64,000 bases of DNA from an uncultured Chitinophagaceae bacterium (GTDB lineage Bacteria > Bacteroidota > Bacteroidia > Chitinophagales > Chitinophagaceae), in the NCBI GenBank assembly GCA_963801295.1, contig CAWDEH010000007.1:699848-763847 (forward strand), written 5' to 3'. The position numbers were made by a program, and so were the translations under genes. The notes under the pieces were generated by a model, which was given only the letters and a program-made list of their open reading frames with translations, was not told where the DNA came from and did not search any database. This document shows, piece by piece, positions 32,012-44,058 of this stretch (within the stretch, counting starts at the first letter, position 1; the number at the start of each line of letters is the position of its first letter).

Positions 32012-33110
32012 CTAAATCGGGCCGAAACCGGCCTTCGCTCCTGAATGCGCCGGTCGCAATACATAAACCGCATAGATCAGGCTCAGCAATAACAGCATGC
32101 CGGTAAGCTGGTGTAACAAGGCAATCCAGTCGAAAAATACCCAGTGATTGGCGGTAATTCCCGGACTCACCAGTACAGCCAGTATTCCGAGCAGGATCTG
32201 AAGGCAAACCAGACCCAGCGGCGCAATCAGCTTTGTCCGTTCGTACCGCAGCAGGCCGGAGGTAAAAAGGCGGAAAGTCCACAGTAAAATGCCCAGAAAG
32301 ATCAGATAAGCCAGCCCCCGGTGAATGAAATGAATCATGATGGTATTTTCCACGAGATTGAGATACCATGGTGAACTCTTGAACAGCGTGGCCGGAATCC
32401 AGTCCCCGTTAATGGTTGGCCAGGTGGGTGCAACGGCAGCCGCTTTATGCCCTGCCATCAGGGCCCCGTAAATGACCTGCAAAAAAATCAGTACCCGTAA
32501 GCACTTTGGAAAACCTCCGCAATCCCCTGGCATTCCGGATCCGGGTTACCGGGAAAAATCAGGTGAAGGGCGAACCAGAAAGCATAGGAGATGAGCACCG
32601 AGGGCAAAAACAAAATGAAGGGCGAGCCGTGTAGGTTTTACATACAGCGCATCGCCGGTCAATCCGCTGGCTACCATGATCCAGCCGATGGCTGCCCTGC
32701 AATGCGCCGAGCAAAAACAGGATCAGCAGCGGCTTGATCATCTCCGTTTTCATTTTCCGCTTGAGCAGCAGATAAACAAAACCCACAATAAATACCACGC
32801 CTACCAGGCGGGCCCAGAATCGGTGAAACCATTCCCAGAAGAAAATAAATTTGAAATCGGAAAGGCTGAATCCGGTATTCAGCAAATGGTACTGGGGTGT
32901 TTGTTTATACTTGTCGAATTCAATCATCCATTGCTGATGACTTAACGGGGGTATTGTTCCGGTAATCACATTCCATTCGGTAATGGACAGTCCGGAACCG
33001 GTTAATCGGGTGATGCCGCCAAGCATAACCTGAATCAGCAGCATAATGGTTCCTCCCAGAACCCAAAATGCAACAGCTCTGTTTGGCGAGCCGGTTTTCC
33101 AAATACTCAT
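32012..33110 (-). CDS. Heme A synthase, COX15/CtaA family; frameshifted
   Basis: GGITRLTGSGLSITEW, FFWEWFHR, HFIHR and LHQ motifs. Confidence 0.92.
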
Positions 33111-33210
33111 AAGACAAAAATAATTCATTCAGGGCCGCCTGTAGATAACTATTTCCCCTATCCTGCCCGGAAAAGGGTTCATTCCTTTATTTTTGATCAA
33201 AGAATTCTGA

Positions 33211-33837
33211 TTGCTCAAAGCATTCCATCATTCAACGCTAAGGGAAGCGGGCTGCGACGAAGCCGGCCGGGGCTGTTATGCAGGACCCGTATTTGCCGCT
33301 GCTGTTGTGCTGCCGCCAGATTTCTACCATCCGCTGTTAAACGATTCGAAACAGGTTGCTCCCGATATCAGAATCGAGCTGAGAACCTTTATTGAATCGC
33401 ACGCGCTGGATTATGCTGTTGCCCGGGTGAGTAATGAAGAGATAGACCAGATCAATATTCTCCGGGCTTCCTTCAAGGCCATGCATCTTGCACTGAATAA
33501 ATTAAAAAACCCGCCTGAATTCCTGCTGATCGACGGGCATCTCTTTCACCGCTATAAGAAAATCCCGCACCTCTGCGTAATTAAAGGGGATGGTATTTAT
33601 GCTTCCATCGCAGCGGCCAGTATTCTGGCCAAGACTTACCGGGATGAATTTATGCAGCGTCTCCATAAGAAATATCCCCATTACAACTGGTACAATAACA
33701 AAGGATATGGAACCGCGGAACACCGCAAGGGCATTGAAGAGCATGGCTTGTGTCCTTATCACCGGCGCAGCTTTAATATCCTTCCGGCGCAGTTGGAGAT
33801 TTTTGAAAATAGAGCATTGATAGCGAGATGGGAATAA
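33211..33837 (+). CDS. rnhB: Ribonuclease HII
   Basis: GCDEAGRG, LNDSK, SIAAASILAK, NKGYGT and HRRSF motifs. Confidence 0.95.
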   Translation: MLKAFHHSTLREAGCDEAGRGCYAGPVFAAAVVLPPDFYHPLLNDSKQVAPDIRIELRTFIESHALDYAVARVSNEEIDQINILRASFKAMHLALNKLKNPPEFLLIDGHLFHRYKKIPHLCVIKGDGIYASIAAASILAKTYRDEFMQRLHKKYPHYNWYNNKGYGTAEHRKGIEEHGLCPYHRRSFNILPAQLEIFENRALIARWE

Positions 33838-33872
33838 CATGGAACGTGGCATGGCATTAAATTATTATACGT

Positions 33873-34458
33873 ATGATCTCTTTTCCCGGAAACCTGGAGC
33901 TGGAAGATAATCGCGTATTGCTAAGGCCTCTTCAAAAGGAAGATTTTCAGCATCTGTTACCCTTTGCGGAGCAGGAGCCGGAATTATGGATTTATTCTTC
34001 CTCGGGTGCGGCAGGTAAAGCCGGGCTGACCGCTTATATGGAACATGCATTCCGCGAAAGGGAATTGCAAAAAGAATATCCTTTCATCGTTTTTGACAAG
34101 CAGGCCAATGCCTATGCGGGAAGCAGCCGGTTCTATGATATTCAGCCTGCATTTTCAACCACCCAGCTCGGTTATACCTGGTATGGAAAAAGATTTCAGC
34201 AAACAGGACTGAACCGGCATTGCAAACTGCTGATGTTAAGCCATGCTTTTGAACAATGGCAGAGTGGAAAGAGTTGAATTCCGCGCGGATCTGAAAAATG
34301 AAAAGTCTATCCGGGCTATGAAGAATATCGGCTGCACGGTGGAAGGCATTCTTCGCAGCAATATGCCCATCCCCGGAGGAAGAAGGGATTCGATCGTACT
34401 TTCCATTCTAAAAAAGGAATGGGAGGATAGCGTTAAGGAGAGATCCTGCGTGGGATAA
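33873..34458 (+). CDS. GNAT (RimJ/RimL-type) N-acetyltransferase; frameshifted
   Basis: LGYTWYG, NEKSIRAMKNIG and RDSIVLSIL motifs. Confidence 0.85.
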
Positions 34459-34464
34459 AGTCAT

Positions 34465-35089
34465 CTACTTAACTATCCCACTGCAGTCTCCACTCCCCCG
34501 CTCCCCTTTACGCAACATAACGGCTTCGCCGGAAGTATAGTCAATAATGGTGGAAGGAATCGTGTGACCCGGCACCGCCATCGATAACAATATCAACCTG
34601 ATTTTTAAAATGTTCATAAATGATTTCCGGATCCGTGTATTCTTCCACATTTTCTCCCGGCAGTGAAGTACTCAGTACCGGATGACCCAGTTCTTTTACA
34701 ATGGTTCGCGCAATCAGATTATCCGGCACCCGGAGCCCGATGGTGTTTTTCCGGCTTTTAAAATTTTCGGCACTTCTTGCTCGCCGGCAGGATAAACGTA
34801 TGGGTCCCGGCAAATGATTCTTCAAAACCCGGTACAGCGGGGTGGAAATGCTTTTGGTATATCTGCTTAAATCACTGAGATCATAACAAACAAAAGAAAG
34901 CTGCGCTTTTTCCGGATTGATTTGTTTAATCTGGCATATCCGTTCAATGGCTTTGTGCTGAAAAATATCACAGCCCAGTCCATAAATGGTATCGGTAGGA
35001 TAAACAATCACGCCGCCGGTCAAAAGGCAATCCACAATTGTTTTAACATTTCTTTGCTGGGGATTGTGCGGATGTAACGTGAGAAACAT
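34465..35089 (-). CDS. Sua5/YciO/YrdC family protein; frameshifted
   Basis: HPHNPQ, YPTDTIYGLGC, GLRVPD and STSLP motifs. Confidence 0.88.
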
Positions 35090-35191
35090 ACAGCAATATA
35101 TGAAAAATGCCATGCCGCAACATAAATGAAATTCATTTCTGATTAACTCACGAAATTAATGCATATTCTAATTTTACCGAAAATCAGGGAT

Positions 35192-36101
35192 ATGCTGTTA
35201 CAGGCGGTGGACCGGGTGGAAGATATTTCTTCAGCGGATTTTAAGAAGCATTATTATCAGCCGCTGAAGCCATTGGTGATTACCGGTCTGGCAAAAAAAT
35301 GGCCTGCCTATGATAAATGGAACTGGGATTTTTTTAAAGCCATGGTGGGCGATGTGGAAGTGGGCATTTACAACAATGTGAAAAGTGATGCCTATACTCC
35401 GGTCAATACGGCAGATGATTACATGAAATTCGGAGAATACATCGATCTGATACGGCAAGGGCCGGCCGAATGGCGGATATTCCTGTTTAATTTATTTGAA
35501 CATGCGCCCGCGATCATTCAGGATTTCAGCTGGCCGGAACAGTACAGCAAGGGTTTTGTAAAAAAATTTCCGATGCTGTTTACGGGCGGTCAGGGATCCG
35601 TAACCCATATGCATTTTGATATCGACCTCTCCCATATTTTCCATACCCAGTTCATGGGTAAAAAGCGGGTTTTGCTGTTTCCCTTATGAGGAACAACATA
35701 AATTATACAGAAAACCCTGGGAGGTGCTCAGCATGGTAAATTTTGAAAAATATTATGACAGCGCACAGAACAAGCTGGATCTCGAACAATTCCCCGCCCT
35801 CCGCCTGGCAAAGGGTTATGAACTGATTCTGGATCATGGAGATACCCTTTTTATGCCCGCCGGATACTGGCATCACATGGAATATATTGACAGCGGATTT
35901 GCCATGAGTCTGCGGCACTTCAATCCGGCCTGCCACGGAAAACTGAAAGGGGCCTGGAACCTGTTTGGCATGCGACACCTGGATACTCTCATGAAAAAAA
36001 CAGCCCGGAATGGTGGTACAATTATAAGAAGGAATAAAACTTTCGCTGACGCGGGAAAAGAGATGGAAACCGTGCTGGGTAAGGCAACGGGTTTTTCCTG
36101 A
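35192..36101 (+). CDS. JmjC/cupin-8 domain protein; frameshifted
   Basis: THMHFDID and GDTLFMPAGYWHHM Fe/2OG motifs. Confidence 0.85.
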
Positions 36102-36152
36102 ATTTTAAAAAAACGCATTGCTAATAGGAAACTTGTAGTTACTTTTAGTGGC

Positions 36153-36358
36153 TATTTATTCAACAGCGATCTTCCGTTCCCAGTCTCTACCCTCTAAAAT
36201 CTACCCAGCCGGCACACCGCGGACATATCCATCCATTTTTACAGTTCCAGAATTAGCAATATCCATTTGATAAATCTTAGTTAACGATGCCTTTAACGAT
36301 TTCTTTTGTGGTTTCAGAGGTAAGCTCAGGCCGGCGATGTTTATCGCCGGCATTTTTA
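36153..36358 (+). ncRNA. Candidate intergenic sRNA
   Basis: TTG-N19-TACTTTTA promoter-like box at 36118-36147 and a plus-strand terminator at 36330-36358. Confidence 0.4.
36330..36358 (+). terminator. Rho-independent terminator
   Basis: gccggcgat-gttt-atcgccggc hairpin followed by attttta. Confidence 0.75.
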
Positions 36359-36365
36359 TCTGGGC

Positions 36366-37396
36366 TCAGAAATGGTCCATGTTTCCCTTCCCCTCAGCAG
36401 TTTATTCAAATCACCCTGGCCTTTGATCTGATCACTTCTTCAATCTGAAGATTTAGCATATCCTCATAACAGGCGTCTTTCCGTTTCATAAAAAACACCG
36501 AAGGGCGGGGAAGATGAGCTTCCAGGCTGGGATCATCAAACATCCTGACCAGGATCTGTGCTTTATAAAAATCTTTTTCATCATGAATCCAAAGTCTTCT
36601 GCTGAACCTCCGTTTCCCAATTCAACCACAACCGGCTGAAGTCCTTCCAGCCTAATGCCTTTATTTTGATTTGCACCAAAAATCAGCGGCTTGCCCTGTT
36701 CCAGGAAAATTGTTTCTGCGGGTTTCGAACCTTTTTCGGTAAAATTTCAAAAGCGCCGTCATTAAAAATATTGCAGTTCTGATAGATTTCCAGGAAAGAG
36801 GATCCTTTGTGCTGATGACTCCGCATCAGCATCTGCTGCAGATGTTTCGGATCCCGGTCCATACTCCGGGCAATAAAACTGGCATCCGCGCCCATGGCCA
36901 GCGCCAGCGGATTAAAGGGATGGTCGATGCTGCCAAAGGGCGTGGACTTGGTTTACTTGTTCGTTTCGGAAGTGGGCGAATACTGACCCTTCGTCAGCCC
37001 GTAAATCTGGTTATTGAACAGCAGGATGTTCACATCAAAATTTCTGCGCAGCAGATGAATGGTATGATTTCCCCCAATACTTAGTGAATCTCCATCGCCG
37101 GTTACAATCCATACGCTGAGTTCCGGGCGGGTTGCTTTCAACCCGAAGCAATGGCAGTGGCCCTTCCATGAATGGAATGCATGCCATAAGTATTCATATA
37201 ATAAGGGAACCGGCTGCTGCAGCCGATGCCTGAAATAATCACAATATTCTCGCGGGGAACGCCGATCTGCGGCATTACTTTCTGAACCTGGGCCAGAATG
37301 GAATAATCGCCGCATCCCGGGCACCATCGCACTTCCTGGTCGGTGACAAAATCTTTGGCGGTTAAGGGGAGCGGCCACTCCGGATTCAATTGACAT
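36366..37396 (-). CDS. 2-oxoacid:ferredoxin oxidoreductase beta subunit; multiple indels
   Basis: [35 protein letters not shown] and QNCNIFND motifs. Confidence 0.92.
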
Positions 37397-37509
37397 GCTA
37401 AAAATTTTTGCAAATTAAACATATCCCGGACAGTTTATTCCAAAATGAAATTCTGCCGCTGTTTGGCAGGGAATGCCTTTTGCTTTTATACCTTAAATAA
37501 CATTAGAAA

Positions 37510-37793
37510 ATGAAAGAATGGTTAATGGTTGCTGGCGTTGTAGTGCTTTTCATCGACCGCCTGCACCGCCGGATAGTTCCTACCCGTCCGCCTGATGTCG
37601 TTATACAGCAGACCCGTTTCTCCCGGACCTGGTTATGTCTGGATCAGTGGCGACTGGTATGGCCCGGGGCAATTATCGCTGGCGGGAAGGGCACTGGGAA
37701 AGCGCAGGCCGGGCCGCTCCTGGAATGAAGGTTATTGGGAAAAGCAGAAAACGGATATCGCTGGCAAAGGGTCGCTGGCGATTAAAATACTAA
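37510..37793 (+). CDS. YXWGXW-repeat small exported protein; frameshifted, end approximate
   Basis: PGPGYVWISGDW and WNEGYW repeats after a signal-like N-terminus. Confidence 0.65.
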
Positions 37794-37833
37794 AAAGCCG
37801 TTGACCAGGAATAGATCCCGGGTCAACGGCTTT
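37794..37833. terminator. Probable bidirectional terminator
   Basis: aaagccgttgacc ... ggtcaacggcttt 13-bp inverted repeat between convergent genes. Confidence 0.75.
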
Positions 37834-37845
37834 CATTAAAAGCGA

Positions 37846-38173
37846 TTAATATCTGCTGTTGCTGAAGTTATTTCTTTTCTGGAAATTACCACCGCCACCG
37901 CTTCTGTTTCCACCACCCCGCCAGTGCGTTCTTCGCGGGGTTTAGCGACAGAAACATTGATGGTTCTGCCATCTACAGAAGCGCCATCCAGTTCCTGGAT
38001 TGCTTTTTTTGCAGCTTCTTCATCTGACATTTCAACAAATGCAAATCCACGTGATTTCTGAGTGAATTTGTCAAAATAACTTTAGCAGATGAAACTTCAC
38101 CGTACTCTGCAAAATACTCGTTTAAGTCTTCGTCAGTTACGTTGAAGCTTAAATTTGAAACATAAATGTTCAT
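37846..38173 (-). CDS. RRM (RNP-1) RNA-binding protein with Gly-rich tail; frameshifted
   Basis: MNIYVSNL (RNP2), SRGFAFVEM (RNP1, across the indel), INVSVAKPRE. Confidence 0.92.
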
Positions 38174-38334
38174 ACTTAAATAAAAAATTAAATGATAAAA
38201 ATACAGCTGACAAAGCTGAAGTAAAGAAGACTAACTAACCGTACTGAAGATTGCGTAGCAGAATGTTTGTTCACTTACTAAATGCCTGATCAACTTAACG
38301 AGTCCGCAAAGATACAGTCAGATTATCCGGATTA

Positions 38335-39543
38335 TCAACTCTGTTTTAAAGTTTTATACGCCACAATACTGCTGGCTAACATTAACAGGCCGCCCAGGAG
38401 AAACGGGGCGCCCGGAAAAAGCACCGGGGCCTGTATGCTGAGTGAAATAAGCAAACAGGTTGGTCATGAGCAGGGGCCCGATAATAGACGTCAGACTCAT
38501 GAGACTGGTCAGCGCACCCTGCAGTTCCCCCTGCGCATTGGGCGGCACATTTCCGGAAATAATGGCCTGCAATGCGGGACCGGCAATTCCACCCAGACAA
38601 TACGGGATCAGAAAAACAAACATCATCCAGCTTTGATTGGCAAAGGCAAAGAGAAACATGCCCGCAGCATATAGTAATAAGCCGATGTAAATGCTTCTTT
38701 CATTCCCGATCTTCGGCGTGATCCAGCGGATCAGCACACCCTGCACCAGTGCGACCAGCGCACCCACAACGGCCAGGGAAATACCAATCGGTTCTGGGCG
38801 TCCATTTAAACCGGTACATCGTAAAATAACTCCAGTTGCTTTGCACGGCATGGGAGCCGAGGTAAACCAGGGCCAGCGCCACAATCAATCCCGCAAGCGC
38901 AGGATAATTTTTCAGGTGCATCAGAGAACCCAACGGATTGGCTCTTTTCCAGCTGAATGGCCTGCGGTGTTCCCGGCTCAATGATTCCGGAAGAACAAAA
39001 TATCCATATATCCAGTTGAGCAGAGTACAGGATGGCGGCTGCAAAAAAAGGCGCACGTATGCCCCAGCCGCTTAGCAAACCACCAATGGCGGGGCCAATG
39101 ATAAATCCCAGACCAAATGCGGCGCCCACCAGTCCAAAATTTTTGGCCCTTGTTTTTTCATCGCTGATGTCTGCGATATACGCCGAAGCCGTTGTAAAAC
39201 TGGCGCCGGTAATTCCGGAAATGGTTCTTCCTATAAACAGCCATCCAAAGGTTGGGGCAAAACCCATAAAAATATAATCCACCCCAAATCCGAATAGCGA
39301 AAAAAGCAAAACGGGCCGGCGTCCATACTGATCACTCAGGTTACCGAGTATGGGCGCACAGATGAATTGCATAAACGCATATACGAAGAGTAACAAGCCC
39401 CCTTCCGCGCTCGCCTGGTTCACCGGAATATGTTTTAACCCGGAAATGAGTTCGGGCATAACGGGTATGATCAGGCCCCAACCGATAACGTCTACCAGCA
39501 GTGTAATGAAAATAAATCCGATGGCGGCTTGTTTTTTTACCAT
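38335..39543 (-). CDS. TCR/Tet-family MFS transporter; frameshifted
   Basis: [29 protein letters not shown] and QGELQG motifs. Confidence 0.9.
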
Positions 39544-39672
39544 AAAGGGGATGCAAAATAAGGGAAATTATCAAGCAGGACAGCGCTTTTCAAAGACGTT
39601 TTAAATTTTTATCCCGCTACGATTATCCGGCTTTCGGAAATTTTGTTTAGCTTAGGATCAAAATCAGGATTT

Positions 39673-40074
39673 ATGATCTTAAATAAGAAAGCCGGTGTAG
39701 CCATTATTTTAAGTCTGGTTATTATCGGAGGAATAGCTGCTACCAAACCACCGGAAGAGCATAAGTTTACAAATCTGAAAGTGTTGCCAAAAAATATCAG
39801 CCATGAGGACCTGGGTAAGGTAATGGACCATTTTAAAGAAGCCCTTGGGGTGAAATGTAATTTTTGCCACGCTCCTTCCAAAGACAGCAGCAACCATCAC
39901 CTTGATTTCGCGAGCGATGAAAAACCGGAAAAAAATATCGCCCGTAAAATGTATAAAATGACTGCCAAGATCAATAAAAAATATTTCAACTATAACCGCA
40001 GCGAAGAGGGCGAACCTATTCCGACCGTAGAATGCATGACCTGTCATCACGGGAAAGAACATCCCGGAAAATAG
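39673..40074 (+). CDS. Diheme c-type cytochrome resembling half of the reaction-centre cytochrome c subunit
   Basis: Signal peptide, NLKVLP, CNFCH, ARKMYKM and CMTCH motifs. Confidence 0.85.
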   Translation: MILNKKAGVAIILSLVIIGGIAATKPPEEHKFTNLKVLPKNISHEDLGKVMDHFKEALGVKCNFCHAPSKDSSNHHLDFASDEKPEKNIARKMYKMTAKINKKYFNYNRSEEGEPIPTVECMTCHHGKEHPGK

Positions 40075-40095
40075 CATCGGCACAAAATCCGCATT

Positions 40096-40527
40096 ATGGC
40101 CATATCCTGTAAGAAACTGGTGGTCCTTGCCGGACTTACGGGGTTCAGTCTGTGCGGAATACTTGCCGCCAGACCGCCGGAAACGGAGAAACCCGTTTAT
40201 AAAAACCTCCGGGTACTTTCCGATCAGATCAGTGATGAAAATATGGACTATGTTATGGAAAGTTTCAATGCAGGCCTGGGGGTAACCTGTGTGTTCTGTC
40301 ATCCCGGACAACATAACGGAACCCAATTTGAAATTGACTATGCTTCCGACGAATACCGGAATAAAAGAATCGCGCGGGATATGCTGCGGATGACTTTCAA
40401 ACTGAATAAAAAATATTTCAATACCAAAATGACGGGAGAAATGACCACCCGCGGCAGGATCTGGTGCAGAACCTGCCATCACGGAATCCCTGTTCCCATT
40501 TTTACAAAAGCCGGGAGCAAGGACTAA
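40096..40527 (+). CDS. Diheme c-type cytochrome, tandem paralog of 39673-40074
   Basis: NLRVL, CVFCH, ARDMLRM and CRTCH motifs. Confidence 0.85.
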   Translation: MAISCKKLVVLAGLTGFSLCGILAARPPETEKPVYKNLRVLSDQISDENMDYVMESFNAGLGVTCVFCHPGQHNGTQFEIDYASDEYRNKRIARDMLRMTFKLNKKYFNTKMTGEMTTRGRIWCRTCHHGIPVPIFTKAGSKD

Positions 40528-40540
40528 GCGTGGCTACCTG

Positions 40541-43500
40541 CTATTCCTTAACAATCTTTACGTTAAAAATTTCGGGTTCCGTTTTGATTTTAAGAAAGTA
40601 AACTCCCCTGGCCAGGGTACTTACATTAATAGTCATATCATCCGTGCCGGAATTATTCACCAGAAAATTGACAGCCCTCCCCTGTGCATTATAAATGACG
40701 ACTTCCTTAACGGGATCGGTTCCGGCAATAATCTTCAGATTGGTATGTACCGGATTCGGGCGCACTTCCGGTGTCAGGCCAATTCCGAATTTCACCATCA
40801 CGATGTCCGAATAACTGTAATGACCGTTGGAATCCACTTGTTTCAGCCGGTAATAATTGATCCCTTTATACGGGTTATTGTCAATAAAGGTATATGACTG
40901 AGGAACACTGCTGTTTCCCTGGGATTTAACAGAATCAATCCGGGTGAAAGTCTGTTCCGTTCGAACTATGCTGAATTTCAAAATAATCATTATTCACTTC
41001 CTGTTCTGTCACCCATTTCAGGGCGATATATTTATTGTCTACATTCGATGCGGTAAAACTGCTCATTGTAATGGGCAGGCCGGTGGAGTTTCCTGCCAGG
41101 GAAAAAGTGGCCGTGGAAACAACAGTGGGATTAAGACTGGAAACGGCAAATCCCTGATAAATTTCGGCGCCGCCGAATCCCAGATCATGCGATGTGCCTA
41201 CCGTCGTCCAGGGGCCGGCATCGCTGCTGCCAAAAGAAGCGGTGAATTCTGTTCCTGATTTCAGGATCCGGAAATAGTCGTTGCCTGTAACATAAGGAAC
41301 ACTCAGGGTATTTACCGAACCGCCAGCCGTATTCCGGTACAGCAGATAAATCTTATTTTCGGGCGTTTTACCGATGAAAATAAACGGAGCGATATCCGTC
41401 AGGCTTTCCCGGATCATAATTCCGGCCTGATTGATGTGGCCAGGCGCCACATCATCCTGACTCAGCAGGTGTGCAATGAATTCTCCGGTTAAATCCTGAT
41501 GGAGCCAGTCGAACTGGAACTGATCATGGTTGCCTCCGATTCCGGTGCCGGCGCCCGAAACCGTGAATATGGGATTGCTGTAACAGGAACTGCCGGCTGC
41601 CTGCACCTCGCCAAAATCAGCGTGCCCCCAGCGTGTTTCATTTACACAGGGTGACGAACAGTTTCCCGATGTAAATCCTGCCGATACCGAGTCACTGATG
41701 AAACCGCCACCACAATCCGACTGCACGGTGTAGGAATAGCCTTCACCACAGGTAAGGCCATTGATGTTCAGCTGAAGATTCCCTCCGGTTCCGCTTGCAT
41801 CGGCAACATTCTTTGTAATATAACTGGCAATCGGCGCCGATTTATAGCGGACGATATAATTATTAATCCCCGGAACACCTATCCAGTTCAGGGTTGCTGA
41901 ATTTGTCGTGATATTGGTGACGGGTGTGGCAGGAATCGTTGGGGGGATGCAGTTATTCGTTGCTACGCCAAATACGCGGAACTCTGAGATAGACGCATTG
42001 CCGCCAACACCTTTGGTAATATTCACCCGCACATATCTTCCCGCAGCATGCTCGTTAAACTCATTCAGCAATGGGAAAACAGACAAGGAGTTTCCGGTAA
42101 TGGTTTGTAAGGTTGTCCAGGTTATCGCATCCTCAGAAATATCGATGGTGAAATCAATTCCATAATCATTCGTATTATTCCATTGCACATTGATCTTGCA
42201 GATATTATACCGTCCGCCCAGGTCAACATAAATATACTGGGGATTGGCAACAGAAGGAGGCGCACGCCACGGCCCATCTGGACACGGTATTCCCGTCAAC
42301 AGCAAAATTTGGCGTCACCGTATTATCTCCCGAAGTAGTCGCAACTGCGGTCTTATTTAGGGCCACATTGTCGGAACACCGGCTGCTGCTGGTTAACAGG
42401 CCGTATACCTTCAGGTTATTGGAAGCCGTTGGCGCATAAACTTTACCGTTGGCCACGGTTACACAATTCATTTTGGCAAATAATCCGAGCGTGTCGGCAA
42501 TATTATCGTCTGAACTCCATAATTTATAGGTAATATCATTGGCTTTCAGCGCATGCAGGGTTCCCGCGTTATCAACATTCGTAATATGGGTTACCCAGAG
42601 AATGCCGGAAGCGTCATCGGTACCATTGGAACTCACCGACATGAATCCACCGCCGGTAATGCTGGCATGGGCTCCGGGAATTGTGGAAGTAACCGCCGTA
42701 CCCAGACCGGAGCCGGCAACCGGAAATGCTTTCAGATCTGTATATTCCGAATACTGGTAAACATATTGTTTCGCAGCGCCTCCGAAATAACTGATGGAAG
42801 AATGACTGGCGGCATTCTGCCCGCCGATATTGATCGTCTGGAGCAGGTTAGGGGAAGTTTCGTCAAATTCTCCCGTTCCCGCATTTTGCTTCAGCACAAA
42901 ACTAAATCCGCTTTTATGTGCAGTCACCAGCATGTCCTGACCCGGAACCAATAACACGCCGGTTCCGAAATCCAGGTCTGCGCCATTATACTGATCATAA
43001 TTTGCCTGGGCGGGTTTAAACCAGGAAATGGGCGTCAGGGTATGATTGGTTAAATCGGGCGCCGCTTTGATCACGCTCATTGCAAGATTACCGGCAGTAT
43101 TTCTCAGATCTCCGTTTTTGGCATTACCGGTGTTAAAATAAAGGTTCCCGCCGGCATCAACGGCCGGCGCTGCGCCGCTCATCCAGGTTCCCCCCCGGCC
43201 GTTATTGGGCGTGGTTACAAAACGTATCAGCTGCTGACCCAGATCATCTGTTTTATATCCCAGCACCCAGCCATGATAATTATTCATATCGCAGTGGCCA
43301 GCATAGGTAATATATACTATGCCGTTGGAAATCACCAAACCCTCCCGCTGGTTATCCCGGCGCGGATCGAATTGAACCACCGTTCCACCATCACCCGTGC
43401 CGTTCACCTGGGCGGTAATGGTTACAGGGCTTCCGAATTTATCTGCGCCCGTACTCAGATCCAGCGCGTGAAGTTGCTGGTAAAATCCGGCGCTTGACCA

Positions 43501-44058
43501 GTCCTCATCCACCACATGGGCGGAGCCATCCGCCTGAGGTGCATTGTCTACCGATGGGTCGCGATAGCGGGAAACAAAATAAATGGTATTGGAAGCCTTA
43601 TCGATCACCGGAGTGCCCACAATACCAAATTTGCCGGTGAAATCGGGATAAGACCAGGTACAAAGACTGGCGTGAATATCTCCCGCATTCGGTACAACTT
43701 CGTTGGCGGGGGTGAAATTTCTTTTCCAATAAGGTTCCAGGGAACCGTCATCGGCATCAAATGCGTAAACGGTATTATTAACCGTGGCAACATAAACCAG
43801 GTTTTTCTGAACCCCGTTGATGCTGACCCGGCTGGCCACCAGCGGCTGGGCATAGATCTGATCATCCACATCGTAATGATACAGGATGCCGAAGGTAGTG
43901 GGCGTAACGTTCGATTGATTGAGTTCAGTTTCCGTATTGTTCCAGCCGGTCCTGTTCAAATCGTTATGCTGCGTCAGCACATCTGTTTGGGCAAAACCTG
44001 AATCAGCATGCACTAAGAGCGCTACACAAAACAAGATCCACACGGTAAACTTCTTCAT
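40541..44058 (-). CDS. Large T9SS-secreted multidomain protein: PQQ-like beta-propeller, F5/8 discoidin, FN3, ConA-like domain, type A CTD; two indels
   Basis: TQHNDLNRTG...IYAQPL propeller start; IYVDLG (F5/8); ITTNSATLNW (FN3); YYRLKQVD, PNPV and GVYFLKI...KIVKE (CTD). Confidence 0.8.

Noticed and set aside
38335-39543. Acquired tetracycline resistance gene
   Set aside because: Generic TCR/Tet MFS with no tetR or mobile context
39673-40527. Evidence of phototrophy
   Set aside because: No pufLM or bch genes in the window; short diheme homologs occur in non-phototrophs
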